DNA of 64,000 nucleotides. It comes from an uncultured Candidatus Bathyarchaeia archaeon (GTDB taxonomy: Archaea; Thermoproteota; Bathyarchaeia; Bathyarchaeales; DTEX01). Below the pieces are notes generated by a model, which made no database searches, had not been told where the DNA came from, and was given only the letters and a program-made list of their open reading frames with translations. The translations under genes were made by a program, and so were the position numbers. The stretch's first letter is position 1. Every line of letters starts with the position of its first letter. The DNA is taken from assembly GCA_964465575.1 (NCBI GenBank), contig CAYXIF010000004.1:12212-76211 (forward strand), read 5' to 3'. Positions 17,725 through 27,179 of this stretch are shown here, piece by piece.

Positions 17725-17894
17725 CTCCAGATTTGCATCGTGAGTTTCTTGATGAGGGTTGTATGGTCAAGTCTAGAACGCCGAAGAGAACTAGCTCCGA
17801 ATTTGGCGTCCACCTCGCATCCTACAACCCGCCAAGCAGAAATATGCATAAAGCAACAAGCATATAAACCTAGTGGACTCGCCGCCTCTGACCG

Positions 17895-18392
17895 ATGAAA
17901 GATCAGTCTGCGGGACCAAAGCTTAAGAAAGCACCATGGCTATCTCAGGTGTGCGTGAGACCGATGCCGATACAGTACTCAGAGGCGCAAGATGTCAAGC
18001 AACTAGTTGATGAGATCACAGAGATCCTAGACCTTTACCATGTTGTTCCTCAGTTCGTTTACTGCGTTCGCAGCAAGGGTTCTCGATCCACCCGCACTAT
18101 AGCCCGCATTCACGGTTTAGGGAAGATATGGCAAGAGGCTCTTCGCCGCCCGCCTTCCTACGCGATTGAGGTCATTTCAGAACAGTATGACATGCTGGGC
18201 GAGGGAGAGAAAGAGAAAACGTTGATCCATGAGCTCCTTCACATACCAAAAGGGTTCAAGGGAGGCTTCAGACCACACAAAGGCCTTGTTGACCAAAAAT
18301 CTGTGGAGAGTCTCTTCAGGAGACTGCAGGAACAAAGGACGATCAGAAGGCGAAACGACAAGGAACACCAAGATTCAGAGTTGCATCCGTAG
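17895..18392 (+). CDS. Predicted zinc metallopeptidase (HExxH)
   Basis: 165 aa with LIHELLHIPKGFKGGFRPH. Resembles small archaeal predicted metallopeptidases; the family was not verified. Confidence 0.45.
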   Translation: MKDQSAGPKLKKAPWLSQVCVRPMPIQYSEAQDVKQLVDEITEILDLYHVVPQFVYCVRSKGSRSTRTIARIHGLGKIWQEALRRPPSYAIEVISEQYDMLGEGEKEKTLIHELLHIPKGFKGGFRPHKGLVDQKSVESLFRRLQEQRTIRRRNDKEHQDSELHP

Positions 18393-18454
18393 CTCGTGTG
18401 TTCTGTAAACCTTATTATAGTCGGCCTGTGATCTTCCTGAAGAGGCGTTAGACA

Positions 18455-18910
18455 TTGACGGAAAGCCTAGTCGGGTACTGTGGGCTGTACTGTGGTGCCT
18501 GTGGCATCTACCAAGGAAGGATAAAACAAGCGGTTGAGAACCTTAGAAAGATTATGGGCTACTATGGCTTCGACAAGATCGCCTCGGAACTCATGACTTG
18601 GGAACAATCTTTTCAACACTACGCGGAATACGAGAAAGTCCTTGATGGCATAGTCAAGCTGTTCGGTGAATGTCCTGGATGTGTAAGTGGCGGAGGAGAC
18701 CCAAACTGTTCAATTCGTCAGTGCTGCGCACCAAGAGGCTATGCGACCTGTGCGGAATGCGGCGACTTGGAAGAGTGCCCCAAACTATGGCGACGTGGAC
18801 ACATGAAAGAGTTGCAAAGGATCAGAGCTATGGGAGTCGAAGAATGGGCCAGACACATGCAGAAAAAGGTGGAGGCAGGCTACTGCGACATAGACGAAAA
18901 GATCAAGTGA
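18455..18910 (+). CDS. Cys-rich DUF3795-like protein
   Basis: GYCGLYCGACGIYQG N-terminus and further CPGC/CxxC clusters, as in DUF3795. Confidence 0.55.
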   Translation: MTESLVGYCGLYCGACGIYQGRIKQAVENLRKIMGYYGFDKIASELMTWEQSFQHYAEYEKVLDGIVKLFGECPGCVSGGGDPNCSIRQCCAPRGYATCAECGDLEECPKLWRRGHMKELQRIRAMGVEEWARHMQKKVEAGYCDIDEKIK

Positions 18911-18923
18911 ATATATTCTGTCT

Positions 18924-19661
18924 CTAAAGGCTTGACCATTCAGTGTTGTTTTTCGAGATGTCTTCCCAGCACCTTTGGCAGATGGGTGTCATCCGTCCGT
19001 TGTAGTAGATGCTCAGCTCAATATCACTACTTCTGCAGTCTGGCTTCCACGGATTCATGCAGTGCACCCGAGACGACGTGGGACTTTCAAGCTTAGACGG
19101 TTCCTTTGTGATCACCCTCTTGCGCTTGTTGAAAGATTGCCTGTCAGTCTTTTTCTCGCATTCTTCTTCTTCGTCTTTGGGGAGAGATTCCCTCTCGGCT
19201 TCTGTCTCTAGCTTAGCCCCGACCTTGCTAGAAGAGTGTTCCTCCAGCTTGGTTTGGATAGGAAGGGCTGGCTCTGACCCTATCCTTGCTGATGTAGTCT
19301 CTCTGCTCCTAGCAGAGTCAAGTCCAAGGCTGATGATTCTGCTCCTCTGCTTCCAATACTCCTCCCCAATCTCTCCTAGGCGGTATCTAAGTTCAAGCTC
19401 CACAAGGACACTCTCAAGGATCCTCGTTTTTTCTGAAAGCCTGTCCTTCCAGAACGCTTCCTCTTTCTCCAGCGTTTCCTTCAAGTCTAAGGCAATATGT
19501 GCTACGCGGTCGACCTGCTTCTCCATGAAGTCAAAGGTGGTGACAGAGATTCTTCCGTTCTGCAGTAGTTTCTTTAGAGCCTCTTTCCTCTTGTCTCCCG
19601 ACCTGATGTAGAAATCGAGAGCGCTGACTACCTTGGAGAAACTCATCCAAGCCCAGCCCAT
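18924..19661 (-). CDS. Coiled-coil protein with C-terminal zinc-ribbon-like Cys pairs (possible CdvA-like coiled coil)
   Basis: Heptad-rich segment ALKKLLQNGRISVTTFDFMEKQVD...LELRYRLGEIGEEYWKQRSRIISLGL, an acidic/basic low-complexity linker, and C-terminal HCMNPWKPDC...ICQRCW. Start at ATG 19661 is preferred (TATA-like gttttaac 22-29 nt upstream); the track start is 19793. Confidence 0.35.
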   Translation of the reverse strand: MGWAWMSFSKVVSALDFYIRSGDKRKEALKKLLQNGRISVTTFDFMEKQVDRVAHIALDLKETLEKEEAFWKDRLSEKTRILESVLVELELRYRLGEIGEEYWKQRSRIISLGLDSARSRETTSARIGSEPALPIQTKLEEHSSSKVGAKLETEAERESLPKDEEEECEKKTDRQSFNKRKRVITKEPSKLESPTSSRVHCMNPWKPDCRSSDIELSIYYNGRMTPICQRCWEDISKNNTEWSSL

Positions 19662-19862
19662 CTTAGGAGGCGGGGAGGGAGTTAAAACTTCTTTCCAACA
19701 CGCCTGCATATCACGCGATATTATGCTGCGGGGCTTTGGCTGGAACCTGATGATAAGCCAAGATGAAAAACTGCGGCCTCTCTGGCGAAACATATCATCA
19801 AACAGTAAAAAGATGCCGAACGTATGTTGTGAGACCTTGAGGAAGCTTGCCTAAGACTATTC

Positions 19863-20921
19863 CTAAGCCTCGAGAACCGCTAGGTCCACATTTAGTTCCT
19901 TGGCGATGTTGATGATTTCGTCCCAGGTTCTCTCTGGCACGTAGATCCCCTCTCTAAGCCTTTTTTGTTCAGTTCTGTGTTCGGGTTCTCCCGGGGTAAA
20001 TATCTCCGTCCACCCTGGTCTAAGCTTGGAAGACTTGACAGTCCGAATAAGATCGTCCACGCGCCTCTTGAACTCTTCAACATGCATAAAGCTCCGGATG
20101 TCTATAGCTTCGAAGAAGATGCTGTTACCCCTCTTGGCGGGTTCGTAGGCACAACCAGCTCCAGACAGGATGCCCGCCATAACCTCGACCGCAAGTGCTA
20201 GACCAAATCCTTTGTATCCTACGAAGTCTCCACCTAATGGAAGAAGGGCACCCCCGGCATAATAGTCTTCAGGGTCGTTGCTTGGGTTTCCGTCCCCGTC
20301 CACTATGCAGCCCTCAGGCAGTTTCTCCCCTTTGTGTAGTGTTACCCTGACTTTGCCTTCAGCGCAGACGCTTGTCGCTATGTCCAACACAAAAGGGGTT
20401 TCCTTGGAGGTTGGGAAGGCATAGCTGACTGGGCTCGTGCTCAGTAGCCGCTCGTATCCGCCGTAAGGCGCTACGCTCTTGATTGCGTTTGCCATGGCGA
20501 TACCTATCATATCACTGTGCAGAGCCATCTCTGTGTAGTCCGCTAGTCTTCCGACGTGGTAGAGGTTGAATGCGCTTACAGCACCTACTGAACTCTCTCT
20601 TGCTTTGTTGATGGCCGTCACCATGGCCCTCTTCGCCACAACTTGGCCAAACCCCCAGTTACCGTTCAACAGAGCCGTGGAACATGTTTCTCGTACAACC
20701 TCGATTTCTGCGTCAGGTTTGATTTCTCCGCGTTCGATCGCCTTAACGTACTGGATGATGCGTATCACGCCGTGAGAGTCGTGCCCAGCAAGGTTAGCCT
20801 TGACGAGAAGGTTTGAAACCGAACGAGCGTCCTCTACCAGCGCCCCCGCGGCCACGAGGATGTCGGTTGCCAAGCTTTCTACGTGCCCTACCGTCAGAAC
20901 CGGCATCATGTCTTCCTCCAA
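19863..20921 (-). CDS. Ldh_2-family malate/L-lactate/sulfolactate dehydrogenase
   Basis: 352 aa, AGHDSHGVIRI motif and overall Ldh_2 pattern. Confidence 0.75.
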   Translation of the reverse strand: MEEDMMPVLTVGHVESLATDILVAAGALVEDARSVSNLLVKANLAGHDSHGVIRIIQYVKAIERGEIKPDAEIEVVRETCSTALLNGNWGFGQVVAKRAMVTAINKARESSVGAVSAFNLYHVGRLADYTEMALHSDMIGIAMANAIKSVAPYGGYERLLSTSPVSYAFPTSKETPFVLDIATSVCAEGKVRVTLHKGEKLPEGCIVDGDGNPSNDPEDYYAGGALLPLGGDFVGYKGFGLALAVEVMAGILSGAGCAYEPAKRGNSIFFEAIDIRSFMHVEEFKRRVDDLIRTVKSSKLRPGWTEIFTPGEPEHRTEQKRLREGIYVPERTWDEIINIAKELNVDLAVLEA

Positions 20922-21046
20922 TGTGTGAACGCTAATTCCATTCAGACCGGCAATAAAAAGCTGCTTGTTCTGACACCACGTGATTTCTCGGCGCCATTCT
21001 TTCCCATAAGGTTTTATGGACTCTTCTCAAGCATATTGCTGAGGGT

Positions 21047-24000
21047 TTGTCGTTGAACAAGAGGGATGTCAGTTACTGCGAGGATTGCTTGGTCGTCTGC
21101 GGCCAAGACGTGTACGTTTATGGCGGAGAGATCCACTACTTCAGGATTCCGAACGAGCTCTGGCTGGACCGTCTTTTGAAAGCCAAACGGTGCTTTTTGA
21201 ACACAATAGGGGCTTACGTGGCTTGGAACTGGCACGAGGAAAAGGAAGGTGTGTTCGACTTTTCTGGAGACCATGACCTAGACCGCTTCCTCGAGATATG
21301 CAAGGAATTGGGTCTCTATGTAATAGTGCGTCCTGGTCCCTATATCTGTGCGGAATGGGATGGAGGAGGGTTTCCGGCATGGATCTGGACCAAGAAGATG
21401 GCATATAGATCCACAGACCCAGCATTCCTAGGACAAATCTCAAGATGGTATGATATGATCTGTCCGATCGCAAGGAGACACCTTGTCACACAGGGAGGAT
21501 CCACGATACTCTTCCAGATTGAGAATGAATACTTCTGGGGCAACGTTCCCTACCTTCTTAGAATGGCTGAGATTGCCAAGGAAAGGGGGATCACTGTTCC
21601 CATAGTTCATAACGTTGACAGGCCTTTGCGAGGAACCAACGTGATAGACTCGCTAGACTTCTATCCCTCCGTGTGGCAGATAGAAGGAGTGCAGACAGGC
21701 ATCGACTTGCTTATAGAAGAGCAACCCGGCAAGCCTCCGATCGTCATGGAGCTAGAAGGCGGATGGTTCTCGGTATTTGGCGGATCACTGCCTACAGCTA
21801 GAGGTAGCTTCCCCGCAGAGTGGACTGACATACTAGCCAAGACCTGTATAGCCAAGGGCATAAACGGGATAAACTTCTATATGTTTCACGGTGGAACCAA
21901 CTTCGGATACTGGACGGCAAAGGGCATAACGACAACCTACGACTGCGAAGCTGCCGTTCGAGAATGGGGTGAGCTCGGCGAACGTTACTGGGTCGTGAGA
22001 CTTATCGGCGGGTTCCTCAAGTCATTCGGCAATATTCTAGTTCACTGCAAGCCTGCCGAAGGGCTCGTGGAATCATCGAACAATAATGTCGATGTATTCT
22101 GCAGAGAAGGCGAGAGAGGCTCGTTCATATTCGTCAGAAACATGGGGGAAGATGCCGGGTCAGTGAGACTTAGGACATCCCTAGTCGAGTTCGGTGAGAT
22201 CCCAGTTGAAGGAAGCATCCATCTGACGCCAAGATCGATGCTCGCATTGCCCGTCAACTGCTATCTTCGGAAGCCTGAGGCAACACTAGCCTACTCGACA
22301 TCGCAAGTCTTCCTGATTACAGAGATGAAGGACCGCACAGTTCTCGTTTTGTATGGATCGAAAGGCACACAAGGTGAGCTGTGCCTTAGGCTTGAAGAGA
22401 AACCTGTGGTTGTGGGCGACATAAGGCATGAATGGAATAGCAGACATAAGGTACTTCGGCTTAATTATGTTCATCCAGATACCGAGAAGGTCTTTTTGGT
22501 TCGACTTAGAGCGCCCCTTGAGCTTATCATAACCAACGAAGAGAGAGCGGCCAGAACTTGGCTTCCCTGCTTCGGTGACGAGGAGATGCCGATGGTCTCG
22601 AACCTTTACTTCCTGAGGGAGTGGGAAGTCCGAGACCAGTCTATCAGCCTCCTCGCTGAGCTCGAGCCGCAAAAGCGAACGGAAATCAGCATAGTTGTAC
22701 CCAGAAAGGTACGAGATGTAATGGTGAATGTGCGCAGAATCGGCTTCTCCCATGACAAAGACACCTCTATCCTTTCGTTCTCCCTTACCACTAAAGAGTC
22801 ACCGAACTTAGTCCAGAACCTGAACGGTACATGGAAAGCAAGAGCTGAACTCTTAGCAAAAGAGGTCGACTATGACCATTCTCAATGGCAGAGTTGGATT
22901 CCTGGAATGCCGCTAGAAGCTTTAGGCTACATGAAGAACGGGTACTCTTGGTATAGGTGCGCGTTCAAAGCGCCTCAAACGATGAAGAACGCGGTTCTTA
23001 GCATTCCCGAGATAAGGGATTGCGGAATAGTTTTCGTTAACGGCAAGTTTGTCGGAAAAGGAATAGGGAAGATCTCAGTAGATATTGGGGACACATTGAA
23101 GAAAGACGAAGAAAACGTGCTTGCAATCTGTGTTGAAAGTGTCGGGCACTGCAACATTCCCTGCCTGACAAAGGATGGCAACGGAATTCTATCTCCTGTG
23201 TATCTTTCAGAGGAGGAGAAGGTTGAACTGAGGGACTGGAAGCTCAGGATCGCCTCGGTTGAGATGAAGCCAGGGCTCCCAACTTCGATTGACGTTTCCC
23301 GAATGCTCATGAACAACGAAACCCCAGAGGAAGTCTTGCCCATCACAAATGACAGGGAATGGGAAACCCTCATGATCTCCTCCCCGGAAGAGCTGACCAA
23401 GAGATTCTCAGCTGAAGCAGATCGGCTCAAGATTCTCTGGCTCCGAGCTTGGGTGCGCATCCCAAAGAAGCATAAAGGGAAGTCCGCAGTTCTGAGTCTT
23501 AAGAACATGAGGCCTGGAACATACAAGCTCTACGTCAATGGTGCCGTCAGATCTTTTTCGAGCTGGACCATGAGTGCATCTGGTTTGGCAGGGACGGTTG
23601 ACATCGACATAACCGAATCAGTAAAGCTGGGGGAACCAAACCTTCTAGCTTTGGCCCTTTACACAATGAATGCTCTCCCAACACCCTTGCCCCGAAGCTT
23701 TCCCGAACTAGTCATCTACGGTCACAGAATCGAGGGAGATTGGAAGGTAACAGAAGGCTTACATGGTGAACGCGAAAAGTGGTTCTCACCTGAACTAGAC
23801 GACTCAGACTGGGAAGAGGTCCAAGCTTTCAGGTTACAGAAAGATCTAAGGTCACCTTTCAACGGGATCATCTGGTATAGGAAGAGATTCAGACTCAAAG
23901 GCGATCCGGAGTATGTCGCTCCCCTAAGGCTCACTCTCAATGAGGTCAAGTCGAAGTGCCTGATATATCTGAACGGGCATTTGGTCGGACGATATGCCGA

Positions 24001-24166
24001 TATCGGTCCTCAGAAAGATTTCTACTTGCCAGAGCCTTGGCTGAAGCAAGAGAACGTACTTGCATCAGCTGTTGAGTGCTTCGAAAGAGACGGAATGACT
24101 GGTGACATAGTAGTCTCGCCTTACTACGTTAGGGAAAAGGCGGAAATCAGAATCGAACTGGGATGA
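21047..24166 (+). CDS. Glycoside hydrolase family 35 beta-galactosidase, large multidomain, no signal peptide
   Basis: GH35 blocks YVAWNWHEEKEGVFDFSG, RPGPYICAEWDGGGFPAW and FQIENEY, followed by about 650 aa of beta-sandwich-like C-terminal sequence. Confidence 0.85.
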   Translation: MSLNKRDVSYCEDCLVVCGQDVYVYGGEIHYFRIPNELWLDRLLKAKRCFLNTIGAYVAWNWHEEKEGVFDFSGDHDLDRFLEICKELGLYVIVRPGPYICAEWDGGGFPAWIWTKKMAYRSTDPAFLGQISRWYDMICPIARRHLVTQGGSTILFQIENEYFWGNVPYLLRMAEIAKERGITVPIVHNVDRPLRGTNVIDSLDFYPSVWQIEGVQTGIDLLIEEQPGKPPIVMELEGGWFSVFGGSLPTARGSFPAEWTDILAKTCIAKGINGINFYMFHGGTNFGYWTAKGITTTYDCEAAVREWGELGERYWVVRLIGGFLKSFGNILVHCKPAEGLVESSNNNVDVFCREGERGSFIFVRNMGEDAGSVRLRTSLVEFGEIPVEGSIHLTPRSMLALPVNCYLRKPEATLAYSTSQVFLITEMKDRTVLVLYGSKGTQGELCLRLEEKPVVVGDIRHEWNSRHKVLRLNYVHPDTEKVFLVRLRAPLELIITNEERAARTWLPCFGDEEMPMVSNLYFLREWEVRDQSISLLAELEPQKRTEISIVVPRKVRDVMVNVRRIGFSHDKDTSILSFSLTTKESPNLVQNLNGTWKARAELLAKEVDYDHSQWQSWIPGMPLEALGYMKNGYSWYRCAFKAPQTMKNAVLSIPEIRDCGIVFVNGKFVGKGIGKISVDIGDTLKKDEENVLAICVESVGHCNIPCLTKDGNGILSPVYLSEEEKVELRDWKLRIASVEMKPGLPTSIDVSRMLMNNETPEEVLPITNDREWETLMISSPEELTKRFSAEADRLKILWLRAWVRIPKKHKGKSAVLSLKNMRPGTYKLYVNGAVRSFSSWTMSASGLAGTVDIDITESVKLGEPNLLALALYTMNALPTPLPRSFPELVIYGHRIEGDWKVTEGLHGEREKWFSPELDDSDWEEVQAFRLQKDLRSPFNGIIWYRKRFRLKGDPEYVAPLRLTLNEVKSKCLIYLNGHLVGRYADIGPQKDFYLPEPWLKQENVLASAVECFERDGMTGDIVVSPYYVREKAEIRIELG

Positions 24167-24235
24167 CGATGCAAAACGAACTACCAGAGAGATATACTGC
24201 TTTGCCCATCTCTTATAGGCGAAGGAGGCTAAGCG

Positions 24236-25531
24236 TTGAAGCTAATCTACGTAGTAATTGACGGCATGGGAGACCTGCCGATCAAAGAACTGGGCGACCG
24301 GACGCCTCTCGATTTTGCTGAAACCCCTCACATGGATTTCCTAGCGAGCAAGGGGAAACTCGGACTTATGCGTACCGTGGGAAAGCAGATAGCGCCTGAA
24401 AGCGATGTGGCTGTGATCTCGATTCTCGGCTACGATCCCTACAGGTACCATGTCGGAAGAGGACCACTTGAGGCTTACGGCTCCGGCCTAGAGATGGAGA
24501 ACGGAAACCTTGCCTTGCGATGCAACTTTGCAGCACTTGGTCAGGGAAGAACAATCATTGATCGAAGGGCCGGAAGGGACCTCACAACAAGAGAAACTAT
24601 GGAACTAGCTGACGCAGTTAACAAGCAGGTCAAGCTGGAGTCCCATCCGGCAGAGTTCGAGTTCAAAAGTACACTTGGGCACAGAGGGGTCTTGGTAATT
24701 CGAAGCAAGAGAAAGAGATCTCTTTCCGGGGGGGTAACGAACACTGACCCGGCCTATGAACGGGTCGCTGGGCTAGGCGTGGCAAAGACGGCTGTTGAGC
24801 TGGTTCTGAACGATTGTCACCCTCTCAAAGACACCGAAGCTGCAAGGCTGTCCGCAAGTCTTGTGAACGAATTCACCCGCAAGAGTCATGAAGTCTTAGA
24901 CCAGCACAAAGTGAACTTGAGACGCGCTGCTGAGGGGAGGATGAAGGCAAATGTCATACTGACACGAGACGCTGGAGACCGGTTGCCGAGGTTCTTCAGC
25001 ATTAGCGAACACTACGGCGTCAAGTTCGCATGTTTGGCAGATATGCCTGTTGAAAGAGGCATCTCTAGATTAGCTGGAATGCATCTTGTTGAGCTTCCAC
25101 CGCCTTCCGGCAACACCAAAGCGGACTGTAAGCTAAGAGCGAGCAGACTATTGGCCATTCTTCGAGACTTCGACTGTTTCTACATCCATCTTAAAGGTCC
25201 TGACGAGCCAGGGCACGACGGTGAATGCGAACGCAAAGCACAAAGCATCGCTGACATAGACAGGTATTTTTTGGGAGACCTTCTGCCCAGAATAGTGTTA
25301 GAAGAGACTCTTATGTGTATCACAGCCGACCATTCTACCCCTTGCCAGCTCAAGGCGCATAGTGACGATCCTGTGCCGCTGCTTATATCTGGATGCCGGA
25401 CGAAACCCGATGGAATCAGGAGTTTCTCTGAAAAAACCTGCGCTAAAGGAAGCCTAGGCATGCTGGAAAAAGGGACTCAACTCATGCCTATGCTCATGCG
25501 TTTCCTAAAGGAGAGCAAAGACCCCTTTTAG
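24236..25531 (+). CDS. apgM: Archaeal-type cofactor-independent phosphoglycerate mutase
   Basis: MKLIYVVIDGMGD...TPHMDFLA N-terminus and C-terminal ITADHSTP. TTG start after a GGAGG RBS. Confidence 0.9.
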   Translation: MKLIYVVIDGMGDLPIKELGDRTPLDFAETPHMDFLASKGKLGLMRTVGKQIAPESDVAVISILGYDPYRYHVGRGPLEAYGSGLEMENGNLALRCNFAALGQGRTIIDRRAGRDLTTRETMELADAVNKQVKLESHPAEFEFKSTLGHRGVLVIRSKRKRSLSGGVTNTDPAYERVAGLGVAKTAVELVLNDCHPLKDTEAARLSASLVNEFTRKSHEVLDQHKVNLRRAAEGRMKANVILTRDAGDRLPRFFSISEHYGVKFACLADMPVERGISRLAGMHLVELPPPSGNTKADCKLRASRLLAILRDFDCFYIHLKGPDEPGHDGECERKAQSIADIDRYFLGDLLPRIVLEETLMCITADHSTPCQLKAHSDDPVPLLISGCRTKPDGIRSFSEKTCAKGSLGMLEKGTQLMPMLMRFLKESKDPF

Positions 25532-25581
25532 CTTTGGACATCATCATGCATTAACGAGCTCAAGCGACTGGGCAAGAAGCC

Positions 25582-25588
25582 TTTATTA
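25582..25588 (+). promoter_or_regulatory. TATA-like box (tttatta) upstream of the SRP RNA
   Basis: Located 26-32 nt upstream of the proposed SRP RNA 5' end. Confidence 0.45.
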
Positions 25589-25613
25589 GATCCGGGAACC
25601 GACTATCTCCTCT

Positions 25614-25950
25614 GACGGCGGGTCTTAGGCGGGGGGCTAGGGGTCCCTTGAGAGGCTACGTGAGCTTCATCCGTAAATCCCCTATACGACGGGCCGAGAT
25701 CCGAGGCGAGGCTCAGAAGATCATGGGGCGCCTTAGCCGTCCATCTATGAGCATCCGTCCTCTTGGGCTGACGGTCGCGGGAGTGTCCTTCGTAAGGAGG
25801 ACGCAAATGCGTTTGCCAGGTGAATCTGGCCAGGACCGGGAGGGAGCAACCTAAGCTTGGACGTTCAGCGCTCAGAGGGGTGCGGGTGTGAGTGAAGAGG
25901 CTGAAGGAACCCTTTGAACACTATGCGTCGGACCCCGGTGACCCGCCGTC
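25614..25950 (+). ncRNA. Signal recognition particle RNA (archaeal 7S RNA)
   Basis: Helix-8 signature CCAGGACCGGGAGGGAGCAACC (compare E. coli 4.5S CAGGUCCGGAAGGAAGCAGCC) with a GGGA GNRA loop. G-rich Alu-domain 5' segment GGCGGGGGGCUAGGGGUCCC. 5' GACGGCGGGUC pairs with 3' GACCCGCCGUC. T-rich tract follows. Ends uncertain by about 10 nt. Confidence 0.8.
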
Positions 25951-26038
25951 TCGATACGAAGGCTTTCTTTCTGCGCAAGCTCAGAAGGGGGCATGTCAAG
26001 AGCCTATCTTCTTCCCATTCGTTGGTGAGCTCGCGTAT

Positions 26039-26980
26039 TCATTGCTGCTTCAGTCTGTGCAGCAATTGACAGGTTTGACATGTCATCCCTGTCGTGGGTT
26101 CGCCACAGGTTTTGCACTTCTTCAGTGACATGTTCTTGGCTGTTCTTTTGACTGCTTTCCGGATCCTTTCCGTTGAGCTGTAGGTCGTGTACTTCGTGCC
26201 CGGATGCTTCTCTTCGAGTCTATTCAGAATACGGCGCACGTCGTTTCTCAGTGCGTCTGCGGCATATGGGCAAGGCATCTCTTGGAATGGTATATGCTTC
26301 AGATGGGCATAAAAAGCGACCTCTCTCTCAAGGACTTCGCTCATGGGTTTCACTCTTGGGACGACGCTCGCTTCTGCCAAGTCGGACACAGACTCAGACC
26401 TGAATATTCTGGACGAGTCTCCATGGATAATGTTCAGAAGGAAGGTTTGCACTTCGTCATCCAAATTATGAGCTGTGGCGATCTTGTCTGCTTTAGCTTC
26501 TCGTGCTGCAATGTTTAGAGCTCGTCGTCTCAGGACGCCGCAGTAGGCGCAAGGCGTGAGCCTTCTGCCTTTTGTTTTCTCTACCACACCGTCCATAGTG
26601 CATCCAAAGAGCTCCTTGAAAGACACGATGATATGCTCGACGCCGAGATCTGCGCAGTTTCTCGCCGCTATCCCTATGGCTTCGTCCCGGTAGCCCGCTA
26701 TCCCCTCATCGACAGTGATGGCGCACAACGAAACCTTCGGAAAGCTCTGTTCAATCTTGGACAGAATATGTAGGAGGCTGACGCTGTCTTTTCCTCCTGA
26801 GACTGCAATAGCTATCCTGTCGTCGATCTCAAACATATCATACTTGCCGATTGTAGTCCGAACCTTTCCCTCGACAGACCGGAGGAAACACCTCTTGCAG
26901 AGCCTCTCCCCGGAGTGACGACGGGCGTAGATGGGCTCTATCCGTATGCATACTGAACACCTAATCATGCTCCTTTCCAT
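26039..26980 (-). CDS. tRNA 2-thiolation PP-loop ATPase (NcsA/Ncs6/TtuA family)
   Basis: N-terminal CSVC...CKRC, PP-loop SGGKDS and C-terminal CKTCGEPTTGMTCQTC zinc fingers. Confidence 0.85.
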   Translation of the reverse strand: MERSMIRCSVCIRIEPIYARRHSGERLCKRCFLRSVEGKVRTTIGKYDMFEIDDRIAIAVSGGKDSVSLLHILSKIEQSFPKVSLCAITVDEGIAGYRDEAIGIAARNCADLGVEHIIVSFKELFGCTMDGVVEKTKGRRLTPCAYCGVLRRRALNIAAREAKADKIATAHNLDDEVQTFLLNIIHGDSSRIFRSESVSDLAEASVVPRVKPMSEVLEREVAFYAHLKHIPFQEMPCPYAADALRNDVRRILNRLEEKHPGTKYTTYSSTERIRKAVKRTAKNMSLKKCKTCGEPTTGMTCQTCQLLHRLKQQ

Positions 26981-27179
26981 CCAGAGCAGGAGATGCTGAC
27001 CATAGGGCTTTTGCTTGGCGCAGGATTGCGTCGTTGATCTCTATGCGTAACCTTCATCAACAGTCTCCTCAGCTTTCCGTCACGGCGAGGGCGTATTTAA
27101 GTAGTTGCATTAGAGGGCTCCAAAGGATACTTTTGGGCTTTTCTGCCGAAAACATAAAGGCGTCGCGCGGGGATATCCT

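Noticed and set aside
25603-26128. ORF-track entries 25603-25806 (-), 25648-25854 (+) and 25892-26128 (+).
   Set aside because: They overlap the SRP RNA or its flank, are Arg/Gly/Pro-rich as expected from translating a GC-rich structured RNA, and have no protein-family features.
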